From the NCBI GenBank assembly GCA_040218735.1, contig JAVJQW010000023.1:320001-384000 (forward strand): 64,000 nt of DNA, written 5' to 3'. Under the pieces are notes generated by a model, which made no database searches, had not been told where the DNA came from, and saw nothing but the letters and a program-made list of their open reading frames with translations. Position numbers and translations under genes: made by a program. Positions 8,659-16,928 of this stretch are shown here, in pieces. Every line of letters starts with the position of its first letter. Within the stretch, counting starts at the first letter, position 1. This DNA comes from Deltaproteobacteria bacterium. GTDB taxonomy: Bacteria > Myxococcota > Kuafuiibacteriia > Kuafuiibacteriales > Kuafuiibacteriaceae.

Positions 8659-10605
8659 CTACGAAGTCCTCCGAGCGTCCGTCACGAACGCCGTGAGCTC
8701 GAAGTCCGCGGCCGACACGATGCGCGGCGTGCCGTCCTCGCGGATAGCGACGGCGACCGGTGTCACGTGTTCATCGGTGTCGCGTACGTCGACATGCGCG
8801 CGCAACACATCGAGCGTCGCATCGACGATCGCATCGAGCGTATCTCCGCTCGGGCGATTCGCGCGTGACTTGAGGTCGAGCAACACGTCGACCTCCTGCA
8901 CCGGCCGCCCCGCGCGCTCGATCGTGTTGGCGAGGCGGGTGAGCGCGCTCGTGAGACCGTCGCGATTCGCGGGGCGCGCCGTCACCAACGCGAGCGCCTC
9001 CGGGCCGACCGGTACGTCGAACAAATACGCCGTCCCCAACGTGGCGACCGGCTCGCGGCGGCCCTCGGCGTGCAGGACGATCGGTGCGCCTCGCGCCGCA
9101 AGGGTGCGCAGTCGTTGCAACGTGTCGGGCACCTCGGCGTGCACGGGTGCATCGAACACCTTGGAGACGACCGCTTCCTCCGACGTCGCTTGGAGCAAGC
9201 CACCTTGCACGCCGTCGGCGACCAGTGAAGCGTGCAGCGCCGCAGCGTAGGGGTCGACCGAAGCCTGAACGAACGGGTCGGCCGACTCGAGACGATCGAC
9301 GAGGCCGACGCCCTCCTGCGGGTGCGCGACCTTCGCGAAGACTTCGAGCTGTTCGAGCGAGAGGCGCACGCCGAGGGACGTGTCCGCGTGTGGCCCGCGC
9401 GGGTCCTCGCCGTGCCGCACGCCATTCACGACGTAGCCCTCGAACCTCGGATCGACGTCGCGCCGCCGCGCGAGCGCGAAGACGGCCGCCGCGAAGCTCG
9501 CGTCGCCGGCGAGCACCACCCGCGGCGGGATCGGGCGGCGGCCGAGCATGTCCAACCGCTCCGCGCGCGCCTCGATGCCTCGCCACAGCTCCGCGCCGAG
9601 GACACGCATCCGCGTGAAGTGGACGGCGGCGTCGCGGACCTCTTCGCGTCGCGGCCCGGCGATCTGCGCCGCGTCGTCGTCGCCGAGCACCTGGCCCTGC
9701 GCGTTGGCGACGAGGAACCTCAGCTGCGCGGGCGACAGGTCGGCGACCGCGTCTCGCGCCTTCACGTCGCCGACGGCGTCGAGGCGCTGCCACACCCGGA
9801 CGAACCGCCGCGCATCGACACGTCCGGCGTGACCGTGCGCGGCGATCGCGGGGGTGGCGAAGTCGGCGAAGAGGAGCTTGAGGTCCGCGAACGAGAGATC
9901 CGGCGCGATCTCGGCGACGCTCGCGAGGAACGCGTGCGCGTCGGCGAGCGCGCCGCTCAACCGCGCGAGCTCCGCTTCGTCGCCGGACTCGATCGCACGT
10001 GTCATCTGCTCGCGGACCTCGTCGAACGTTCGACCGGCGAGCGCACCCGGGATCCTCTTCGCTCCGAGATCGAACCGCAGGTGAACCGGCCCGTACGGCC
10101 GCTCGACGTCCACCGGCGCGGCGCGCCCCGAAGCCGCGAGCAGCGCCGCCGCGGCGCGCCGATCCGATCGTGCACCGAGCGCGGAGAGCCGGAGCCGACC
10201 GTTCAGCACCATCCGCACCAGGCCCCCGTCGGCGACGAGGTCCAGGCCTCCGCTCGCGAAGCCTCGCCCGAGCGCGGCCGCATCGAAGATCCCCTCGGCG
10301 ACGGGGCGTCCGCCCCCGTTTGTCAGCACCGGCGCGCCGTCGACGAAGACAAACTGCTCGGGCTCACCGCGCTCGTCCGACTGTGAGCCCCCCTGCCCGC
10401 CGTCCCGGTCGATCGACGGGAGCCAGGGCTGGTCGACGCGCCCCTCCTCGATCTGCTCGCGCTCGATCTGCTCACGCTCGATGATCTCGATCTGGCGCGG
10501 CTCGATCGGCTGCGTGACGTGGGCGTGGGCGAGCTCGTCGACGAGCTCGTGGGGCTCCGCGTGGGCGGGAACACGAACGGCGGTCTGCGGTCGGACTTCT
10601 CGCAT
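8659..10605 (-). CDS. hypothetical protein (648 aa), divergent from sctV
   Basis: Long ORF with GC3-biased codons, preceded by a sigma54-like promoter; no motif recognised. Confidence 0.7.
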   Translation of the reverse strand: MREVRPQTAVRVPAHAEPHELVDELAHAHVTQPIEPRQIEIIEREQIEREQIEEGRVDQPWLPSIDRDGGQGGSQSDERGEPEQFVFVDGAPVLTNGGGRPVAEGIFDAAALGRGFASGGLDLVADGGLVRMVLNGRLRLSALGARSDRRAAAALLAASGRAAPVDVERPYGPVHLRFDLGAKRIPGALAGRTFDEVREQMTRAIESGDEAELARLSGALADAHAFLASVAEIAPDLSFADLKLLFADFATPAIAAHGHAGRVDARRFVRVWQRLDAVGDVKARDAVADLSPAQLRFLVANAQGQVLGDDDAAQIAGPRREEVRDAAVHFTRMRVLGAELWRGIEARAERLDMLGRRPIPPRVVLAGDASFAAAVFALARRRDVDPRFEGYVVNGVRHGEDPRGPHADTSLGVRLSLEQLEVFAKVAHPQEGVGLVDRLESADPFVQASVDPYAAALHASLVADGVQGGLLQATSEEAVVSKVFDAPVHAEVPDTLQRLRTLAARGAPIVLHAEGRREPVATLGTAYLFDVPVGPEALALVTARPANRDGLTSALTRLANTIERAGRPVQEVDVLLDLKSRANRPSGDTLDAIVDATLDVLRAHVDVRDTDEHVTPVAVAIREDGTPRIVSAADFELTAFVTDARRTS

Positions 10606-10621
10606 GGCGCGCCGTCGGTTC

Positions 10622-10636
10622 GCACGACACGTGCCA
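10622..10636 (-). promoter_or_regulatory. sigma54 -24/-12 promoter for 8659..10605
   Basis: Minus strand reads TGGCACG-TGTC-GTGC (GG-N10-GC). Confidence 0.6.
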
Positions 10637-10676
10637 GGACCCGCCCCTCGATTCCGCGTCCGTCACGGGCGAAACC

Positions 10677-10702
10677 GTCACGGAACACCGCGGAACCGTT
10701 CC
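10677..10702. promoter_or_regulatory. composite palindromic activator-site candidate, copy 1
   Basis: GTCACGGAAC-N5-GGAAC-C-GTTCC, lying between two divergent sigma54-like promoters. Confidence 0.55.
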
Positions 10703-10737
10703 GCGGCGCACAGGGACGACCGCCATCCGGGTCGGTG

Positions 10738-10752
10738 TGGCCCGCGACTTGC
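10738..10752 (+). promoter_or_regulatory. sigma54 -24/-12 promoter for sctV operon
   Basis: TGGCCCG-CGAC-TTGC. Confidence 0.7.
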
Positions 10753-10766
10753 CAAGGGCGAGGGCC

Positions 10767-12899
10767 ATGCTCGCGTACCTTCGTCAGGCCCGCATCGGAA
10801 GGCCCGGGGACGTCGCCGTCGCCGGCTTCATGCTCCTCGCGCTGTCGGTGATGCTCGTCCCGCTCCCCGCGGCCGCGCTCGACGTGCTCATCGCGATCAA
10901 CCTGATCGCCGCGCTGACGTTGCTCCTCCTCGCGATCCACATCCCCACGCCGTCGCGCCTCGCGTCGTTCCCCTCGATCCTCCTCCTCACGACGCTGCTC
11001 CGCCTGTCGCTGAACGTCGCGTCCACGCGGCTGATCCTCGCGAGTGGACAAGGGAGCGCGATCGTCACCGCGTTCGCCACGCTGGTGACCGGCGGCGACC
11101 TCTTCGTCGGGCTGATCCTCTTCGTCATCGTCACGGTCGTGCAGTTCATGGTCATCGCGAAGGGCTCGGAGCGCGTCGCCGAAGTCGCCGCGCGTTTCAC
11201 GCTCGACGCGATGCCGGGCAAGCAGATGTCGATCGACGCCGACCTCCGCAGCGGCAACATCGAGTTCGACGAAGGCGCCCGCCGCCGCGAAGGCCTACAG
11301 GTCGAGTCGCAGCTCTACGGCGCGATGGACGGCGCGATGAAGTTCGTGAAGGGCGACGCCGTCGCGGGGCTGATCATCACGGCGATCAACCTGGTGGGCG
11401 GCATCATCATCGGCGTCAGCCGCCTCGACATGTCCGCGGCCGAAGCCGGTAGCACGTTCGCCGCGCTCACCGTCGGCGACGGTCTCGTCTCGCAGATCCC
11501 CGCGATGCTGATCTCCGTCGCGGCCGGCTTCATGACCACCGCGGTCAACGAAGGTGAGCAGAACCTCGGCGCGCGCCTCGAGCAGCAGCTCCGCGCCTTC
11601 CCGCGCGCCCCGGCGGTGGCCGGCGCGTTCCTCGTCGTGCTCGCGTTCGTGCCCGGGATGCCCGGGTGGGTGCTCGCGACCGTGGGCATCGCGACGGTCG
11701 CGGGCGCCGTGCACCTCATCCGCCGCGAGACCCTGAAGGCGTTCGACGACGAGGACGAAGCGCCCGCCGAGCCGGAGGTCACCAAGGCCGAAGTGAAGAT
11801 CGCGCGGATGCAGCGCGCGACGGCGGACCGGATGCTCCCGATGGTCACGCCCGTCCTCATCGAGTTCTCGAAGAACCTCGAAGGGCTCCTCGGCGACCCC
11901 CGCGGGCGCTTCGTCCGCGATCTGATCCCAGAGATGCGGAACGGGCTCTTCTTCGAGCTCGGGATGCGCTTTCCGAACGTCCGCATGCGCGTGAACCCGT
12001 GGCTCGAGGAGTCGGACTGCTACGTCGTCTACATCAACGAGATCCCCGGCCCGGTGCGCAAGCTCCGGCGCGATCGCATCCTCGTGAACGAGTCGCCGAA
12101 CCGCCTCCGTGCGTTCAACGTCCGCGGCGAACCCGTCGAGAACCCCGCGACCGGCACGACGTGCGCGTGGGTCGAGCCGAAGTACCGCGCCGTGCTGGAG
12201 CGTGCGTGTTTCGAGTGCTGGAGCGGTGAAGAGTTCGTGATCCTCGACCTCGCGGAGCAGATGCGTCGCAACGCGTCGCGGTTCCTGAGCGTGCACGACG
12301 TGAAGGAGATGTTGAATCACCTCCAGTCCGCGTTCCCGGCGCTCGTCGACGAGATCGTCCCGCGCCTGATCTCCGTCCCGCAGCTCACCGACGTGCTGAG
12401 GCGGCTGGTGAGCGAGAGCATCTCCATCCGCGACCAGAAGTCGATCCTGCAGTCCATCGCCGAGTGGGCGCCGGTCTTGTCGCGCCCCGAGGACCTCGTC
12501 GCCGCCGTACGACGGGACCTACGCGACTACATCACTTACAAGTACGCCGGCGTCGGCGAGAGCCTCGCCGCTTACGTCCTCGATCCCCTCATCGAAGACA
12601 CCGTCCGCGGCGGCATCCTCGAGGGACCGGAGGGCCGCGTGCTCGCCCTCGACCCGGACCTCGTGAACGTCATCGTCCGCGCCGTGCGCAACGCCGTCGA
12701 GGGGACGCGCCACCGCGACCAGCTCGGGCCGGTGTTCCTGACGAGCTCTTCGGTGCGCCCGTTCATTCGCCGGCTGCTGGAGTTCGAGTGTCCGCGCCTG
12801 CGTGTCGTCTCCTACGACGAGCTGCGCCCCAACGTGGTCGTCGAACCGCTCGGACGCGTGAGCATCGACGACGAGATGGGTGAGGTGGTGGCGGCATGA
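10767..12899 (+). CDS. sctV: type III secretion export gate protein SctV (FHIPEP family)
   Basis: RVAEVAARFTLDAMPGKQMSIDADL, QLYGAMDGAMKFVKGDA (injectisome-type rather than FlhA-type), GDGLVSQIP, multi-TM N-terminus, LVSESISIRD. Confidence 0.93.
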   Translation: MLAYLRQARIGRPGDVAVAGFMLLALSVMLVPLPAAALDVLIAINLIAALTLLLLAIHIPTPSRLASFPSILLLTTLLRLSLNVASTRLILASGQGSAIVTAFATLVTGGDLFVGLILFVIVTVVQFMVIAKGSERVAEVAARFTLDAMPGKQMSIDADLRSGNIEFDEGARRREGLQVESQLYGAMDGAMKFVKGDAVAGLIITAINLVGGIIIGVSRLDMSAAEAGSTFAALTVGDGLVSQIPAMLISVAAGFMTTAVNEGEQNLGARLEQQLRAFPRAPAVAGAFLVVLAFVPGMPGWVLATVGIATVAGAVHLIRRETLKAFDDEDEAPAEPEVTKAEVKIARMQRATADRMLPMVTPVLIEFSKNLEGLLGDPRGRFVRDLIPEMRNGLFFELGMRFPNVRMRVNPWLEESDCYVVYINEIPGPVRKLRRDRILVNESPNRLRAFNVRGEPVENPATGTTCAWVEPKYRAVLERACFECWSGEEFVILDLAEQMRRNASRFLSVHDVKEMLNHLQSAFPALVDEIVPRLISVPQLTDVLRRLVSESISIRDQKSILQSIAEWAPVLSRPEDLVAAVRRDLRDYITYKYAGVGESLAAYVLDPLIEDTVRGGILEGPEGRVLALDPDLVNVIVRAVRNAVEGTRHRDQLGPVFLTSSSVRPFIRRLLEFECPRLRVVSYDELRPNVVVEPLGRVSIDDEMGEVVAA

Positions 12900-13267
12900 C
12901 CATCGACAAACTCCCCCGACGCGAAGTCACCATCGGACTCGCGGACGTCTCCTTCCCCGAAAAGCTCCTCGAAGCGCTCGGCCCCGCGGGCGTCACGCGC
13001 CCGGAGGTGAACCCGGTCGCGCGCCACGAGGCGGTGCGTTTCGTGAATGGACTGTCACGCCGCTCGGGGGCGACCGGGGGCTTCGGTCCACCGCCCGAGA
13101 CCGCGCACCGACGTGAAGCCATCGAGGCTTTCCTCGCGGGCGCGGATCGCGGCGGTGTCGGCGAACCGGAGCGACGCCTGATCGCGCTGCTCGAGGAGCG
13201 GCGACAGGACGTCCGCGGCGTGCAGGTCGCGATGATGCAGAACGGTCTGACGACGAGGGAGATCTGA
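12896..13267 (+). CDS. small protein, SctX (YscX)-like candidate
   Basis: 123 aa, translationally coupled to sctV, C-terminal amphipathic helix, followed by a TPR protein. Confidence 0.45.
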   Translation: MTIDKLPRREVTIGLADVSFPEKLLEALGPAGVTRPEVNPVARHEAVRFVNGLSRRSGATGGFGPPPETAHRREAIEAFLAGADRGGVGEPERRLIALLEERRQDVRGVQVAMMQNGLTTREI

Positions 13268-13268
13268 G

Positions 13269-13727
13269 TTGCGTCGCCGAAACCCATCCCCGCGATCCCG
13301 CCCCTCACCCGCAGCCCGTCCGCGTCCCGTGACGCCCCCCCGCGACGATACCGTGCCCCCCTCGGTGCGACGTGTCTGTGAAGCTCAGCTCCGGGCGATC
13401 GAGCGCATCGGCTACGACTACTACCAGTCGGACCGCTTCGACCGCGCACGCACCGTGTTCGAGGGGCTTCACGCCCTGGCGGCGCGCCGCGTCTATCCGC
13501 TCCGTGGGCTCGCGGAGACCTGCCTCGCGCTCGGCGACGGCCCCGCCGCCCTCCGCGCCGCGAACGGTGTCGTCGCGCTCGCGTCCGACGACGGCGGCGC
13601 GTACTGCCTCCGCGGGCGGGTACTCCTCGCTGCGAACCGCTCCGGCGACGCCAAGAACGATCTGATTCGCGCAGCGCGCCTCGGCGACGACCTCGCAGAG
13701 GCGCTGCTCCTCACCCTCCCCCGCTGA
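13269..13727 (+). CDS. TPR protein, SctY (YscY)-like chaperone candidate
   Basis: TPR patterns IGYDYYQSDRFDRARTVFEGL, LAETCLALGD, YCLRGRVLL; start uncertain. Confidence 0.6.
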   Translation: MRRRNPSPRSRPSPAARPRPVTPPRDDTVPPSVRRVCEAQLRAIERIGYDYYQSDRFDRARTVFEGLHALAARRVYPLRGLAETCLALGDGPAALRAANGVVALASDDGGAYCLRGRVLLAANRSGDAKNDLIRAARLGDDLAEALLLTLPR

Positions 13728-13756
13728 GTTGCGGAACGGACGCGAAACAGTTTCGC
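13728..13756. promoter_or_regulatory. composite palindromic activator-site candidate, copy 2
   Basis: GTTGCGGAAC-N6-GAAAC-A-GTTTC; palindrome GCGAAACAGTTTCGC at 13742-13756. Confidence 0.6.
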
Positions 13757-13798
13757 CCGCGAACCCACCGAAACGCCGCAACACACGACCGCATCGCC

Positions 13799-13813
13799 TG
13801 GCACGGAAAGTGA
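13799..13813 (+). promoter_or_regulatory. sigma54-like promoter (variant -12) for GNAT/translocon operon
   Basis: TGGCACG-GAAA-GTGA; perfect -24 box, GA instead of GC at -12. Confidence 0.45.
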
Positions 13814-13826
13814 TTTACCGAAAGTC

Positions 13827-14726
13827 ATGCAGCGCGATGAGTTCTCGATCGAACAGCTCGGCATCGGCGCTCCGACGCATGGGTTCCGCTGGATGACCTT
13901 CCCCCTCTACCAGCGCCACCTCGCGGGCCTTGGAATGCCCGGCGAGCGTGTCTCGGTGATCGCGATCGGCGCGCGCGTCGGCGTGCAGCCGATCGGTCTG
14001 CTCGTCGCCGAGCGACCCGCGACGGGGCCGGCGCGGCTCGTCTCCGTCGCCGTCCGCCCGGGGCACCGCCAGCGCGGCTGCGCGCGCAGCATGTTCTTGG
14101 AGCTCGAGTCGGTCCTTGGCTCCCAGGACGTGCCCCAGCTCGTCGCGGGCGGCGCCGACGCGGTGCTCACGACCGAGATCCGCGCGCTGCTCGGACGCGT
14201 CGGTTTTGGGCCCCTCACCCCCGCCGGGCAGTGCATCGAGCTCGAGAGCGAACGGCTCGGACCCCTCGTCACGCGGCGCGAGCGTTGGCTCCCAAGCGGT
14301 TACTCGGCGGTCCCCTGGACCTCGCTGACCGCTCAACGGCGCGGTGCGCTCCGCGCGACGCTCACTTACCCGGAGTCGCTCTCACCGTTCCGCCACGAAG
14401 CACAGATCGAACCCACGACGAGCCTCGCGCTCCTCGCGAACGACCAAGTCGTCGGCTGGGCGATCGGCCACCGCATCAACGCCGACATCGTGCACTACGC
14501 GACGATCTTCGTCCGCGAGGACCTCCAGAACCTCGGCCTCGGCGCGGGGCTCTTCTTCACCGCGCTCGCGCGGCACTGCACGAGCCCCAAGACCCGTCGC
14601 GCGCGGGGGCGCTTCCTGGTGCGCGACGAGAGCGCCCGAATGCGGCGCCTCCTCGAGCGCCGCATTCACCCGTACGCCTCGCGGCGCGCGGCCTACTTCG
14701 AAGCTGCGAAAGACCTCACCGTCTGA
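13827..14726 (+). CDS. tandem GNAT N-acetyltransferase
   Basis: Two acetyl-CoA motifs: VAVRPGHRQRGCA and FVREDLQNLGLG. Confidence 0.8.
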   Translation: MQRDEFSIEQLGIGAPTHGFRWMTFPLYQRHLAGLGMPGERVSVIAIGARVGVQPIGLLVAERPATGPARLVSVAVRPGHRQRGCARSMFLELESVLGSQDVPQLVAGGADAVLTTEIRALLGRVGFGPLTPAGQCIELESERLGPLVTRRERWLPSGYSAVPWTSLTAQRRGALRATLTYPESLSPFRHEAQIEPTTSLALLANDQVVGWAIGHRINADIVHYATIFVREDLQNLGLGAGLFFTALARHCTSPKTRRARGRFLVRDESARMRRLLERRIHPYASRRAAYFEAAKDLTV

Positions 14727-14776
14727 CGCTCCCGTCCACCTCGAAACCCATGCCTTCGGCAGAAAGAGAGTAACCC

Positions 14777-15397
14777 ATGTCCAACCCGCGCAACGTCAAC
14801 AGCAACCCCCAGGTCCGGGCGCAGAACCTCAACTGGCGTCCCAACCAGATGCACGACGGTGGGTACTCCACCGTCGACTGGGCGACGCTTCCCGCCTCGA
14901 CGCCCGCGATCAACGACCGCGTCCTGCTCTACCTCATCCTCAAAGCGATGAAGGACGGCGCGCTCGACGATCTGCGCTCCCTGGAGAAGACCATCTCGGA
15001 GAACAACCAGAAGAAGGCCGTGCTGCGCGACATCCGCAAGGCGGTCAGCAACGGCGTGTCCACGGACAAGGACGGCAAACACAAGTTCGAGAAGGGGAAG
15101 GTCGGGACCATCCAGTACCAAAACCCCGACACCGGCAAGACCGAGACGCTCGACTACGCCGGCATGCAGTCGCTGTACAAGCAACTCACGGGCGAGAGCC
15201 TCGACGGAACCAACGCGCAGGTCCTGACCAACATCGACAACGACATCTCCACGCTCGGTGACTTCGGACAGGAGCTCGCGACGAAGATGCAGCTGTACAA
15301 CCAGCGATTCACGGAGGCGAGCGATCTGCTCACCGGCATCCTCAACTCATGGCACGGCGCCATCAAGAAGATCATCGGCAACATCGGGCAGGCCTAG
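14777..15397 (+). CDS. T3SS needle-tip / filament protein candidate (Bsp22/LcrV/EspA-like C-terminal helix)
   Basis: C-terminus IDNDISTLGDFGQELATKMQLYNQRFTEASDLLTGILNSWHGAIKKIIGNI; N/Q-rich N-terminus; context. Confidence 0.6.
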   Translation: MSNPRNVNSNPQVRAQNLNWRPNQMHDGGYSTVDWATLPASTPAINDRVLLYLILKAMKDGALDDLRSLEKTISENNQKKAVLRDIRKAVSNGVSTDKDGKHKFEKGKVGTIQYQNPDTGKTETLDYAGMQSLYKQLTGESLDGTNAQVLTNIDNDISTLGDFGQELATKMQLYNQRFTEASDLLTGILNSWHGAIKKIIGNIGQA

Positions 15398-15399
15398 TC

Positions 15400-16134
15400 A
15401 TGAATGGTTCTCAACCGATCCAACGTTCGCCGCGCCTGGCGCCGGTGCTCCCGACGGAGCGGTTCGGTGCGTCGCGCATCGACGACGCAGCGCCGGGCGC
15501 GACCGGTCCGCAGGGCGCGAGTCACGACGTGCGCCTCCCGCGCGCGAGTCACACGGGCTCGGACCCCGCCGAGACGCTCGCGGCGGTCGACGCGGAGTAC
15601 GGCGCGCTGATGCGCAGCGCACGCGCCGCCGCCGGCAGCCTCGACGGTGACACGGTCGACATCCACCGGATCCTGATGACGGTCGCGCGCGAGACGCGAC
15701 TCGACCAGCAGGGGAGCCTGGAGCAAGCGCAGTCGACGATCGACACCAACCGCCGGCTGCGGGACCAGATCTACGAGCGCGTCCAGGAGATCCAGGAGGA
15801 GCTGCAGAAGCTCCAAGAGGAGATCGCGGACCTGAAGGCGGAGATCGACGGGCACAACTTCTTCGAGAAGGCGGGTGAAGGCATCTCCTCCGCGTTCGGC
15901 GGTGGGAAGGGCAAGGACCTTCAGAAGAAGCAGGCGTCGATGACCATCAAACAGGGCAAGCTCAAGGAGGCCGAAGCCCGCCTCGAAGACGCCAAGAAAC
16001 TCATCGAGCACGGGCACGATCTCATGGAGTCGAGCATCAACGATCTCAAGAAGATCGTGGAGCGCATCAACGCCTCGATCCAGCTCGTTAAAGACGCCGT
16101 CAACAAGGAAACGAACGCCGTCGGGCGTTCCTGA
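15400..16134 (+). CDS. coiled-coil protein, translocon-associated candidate
   Basis: Two long heptad segments flanking FFEKAGEGISSAFGGG; located in the translocon operon. Confidence 0.55.
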   Translation: MNGSQPIQRSPRLAPVLPTERFGASRIDDAAPGATGPQGASHDVRLPRASHTGSDPAETLAAVDAEYGALMRSARAAAGSLDGDTVDIHRILMTVARETRLDQQGSLEQAQSTIDTNRRLRDQIYERVQEIQEELQKLQEEIADLKAEIDGHNFFEKAGEGISSAFGGGKGKDLQKKQASMTIKQGKLKEAEARLEDAKKLIEHGHDLMESSINDLKKIVERINASIQLVKDAVNKETNAVGRS

Positions 16135-16145
16135 GGAGGTTCGAT

Positions 16146-16928
16146 ATGACCGTTCAGTCCCTCGACCACAAACCCATCTCCGTGCGCGCGCCGGAGGACG
16201 CCCTCGCAAACGACGACGCGCGCGTCGGGAGTGAGCCGGAGCTCTCGCTCGGGCCCGTCCATCCGATCGCGTCGGCGCGTACGTCGTCGGCGGAGGAGCT
16301 CACGGCGCTGATGCGTCAGGTGCAGAGCTTCGCGACACAGGCGCTGAGCGACCCGAACAGCGTCTTCGAGAACGCCGGAGAGATCATCAACGTGATCGAG
16401 AAACTCATGGTGCTGCTCGCCAAGGAGGAGCGGAAGGCTCGGCACGACCGCTTCTCCGCGAAGATGACGAAGCTGGTCCAGCGCATCGAAAAGATGCTCG
16501 CGGCGGCTCAGAAGACGCTGGAGGCCGGACAGAAGGAGCTCGACGCGATCTCCAAGAAGTCCGGGTGGCAGATCGCGTTCGCGGTGCTCGCGGTGATCAT
16601 CATCGCCGTCGCGATTGCGGCGGCGGTCGCGACCGGGGGGGCCGCCGCGTTGATGGTCGGCGCCGCGCTCGCCGCGGTGATGCCGGTGCTCGGCACGGCG
16701 GCCGGTGAGCTGCACGCGCGCGGCGACACGAAGGACAAGCAGGCGCTGAACGAGGAGTCGGCGGATCTCAACGCGATGGCGAGTGAGCTCGAGAAGCTCA
16801 TGGAGAACGAGTCCGAGCTGTCCGCCGAAGCAAAAGAGCTCCTGCGGAAGCTGCTCGAGATCCTCATGAAGATCTTCGAGAAGCTCAACGCCTCGCGGCG
16901 CAAGGCCACGGACGGGATGACGTCATGA
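16146..16928 (+). CDS. T3SS hydrophobic translocator, SctE (YopB/SseC)-like
   Basis: Coiled coil, then hydrophobic hairpin IAFAVLAVIIIAVAIAAAVATGGAAALMVGAALAAV, then coiled coil; SD GAGGAGG upstream. Confidence 0.7.
   Translation: MTVQSLDHKPISVRAPEDALANDDARVGSEPELSLGPVHPIASARTSSAEELTALMRQVQSFATQALSDPNSVFENAGEIINVIEKLMVLLAKEERKARHDRFSAKMTKLVQRIEKMLAAAQKTLEAGQKELDAISKKSGWQIAFAVLAVIIIAVAIAAAVATGGAAALMVGAALAAVMPVLGTAAGELHARGDTKDKQALNEESADLNAMASELEKLMENESELSAEAKELLRKLLEILMKIFEKLNASRRKATDGMTS

Noticed and set aside
10767-12899. Flagellar FlhA
   Set aside because: The motif reads AMKFVKGD (SctV-type), neighbours are translocon/chaperone genes, and no flagellar genes are present
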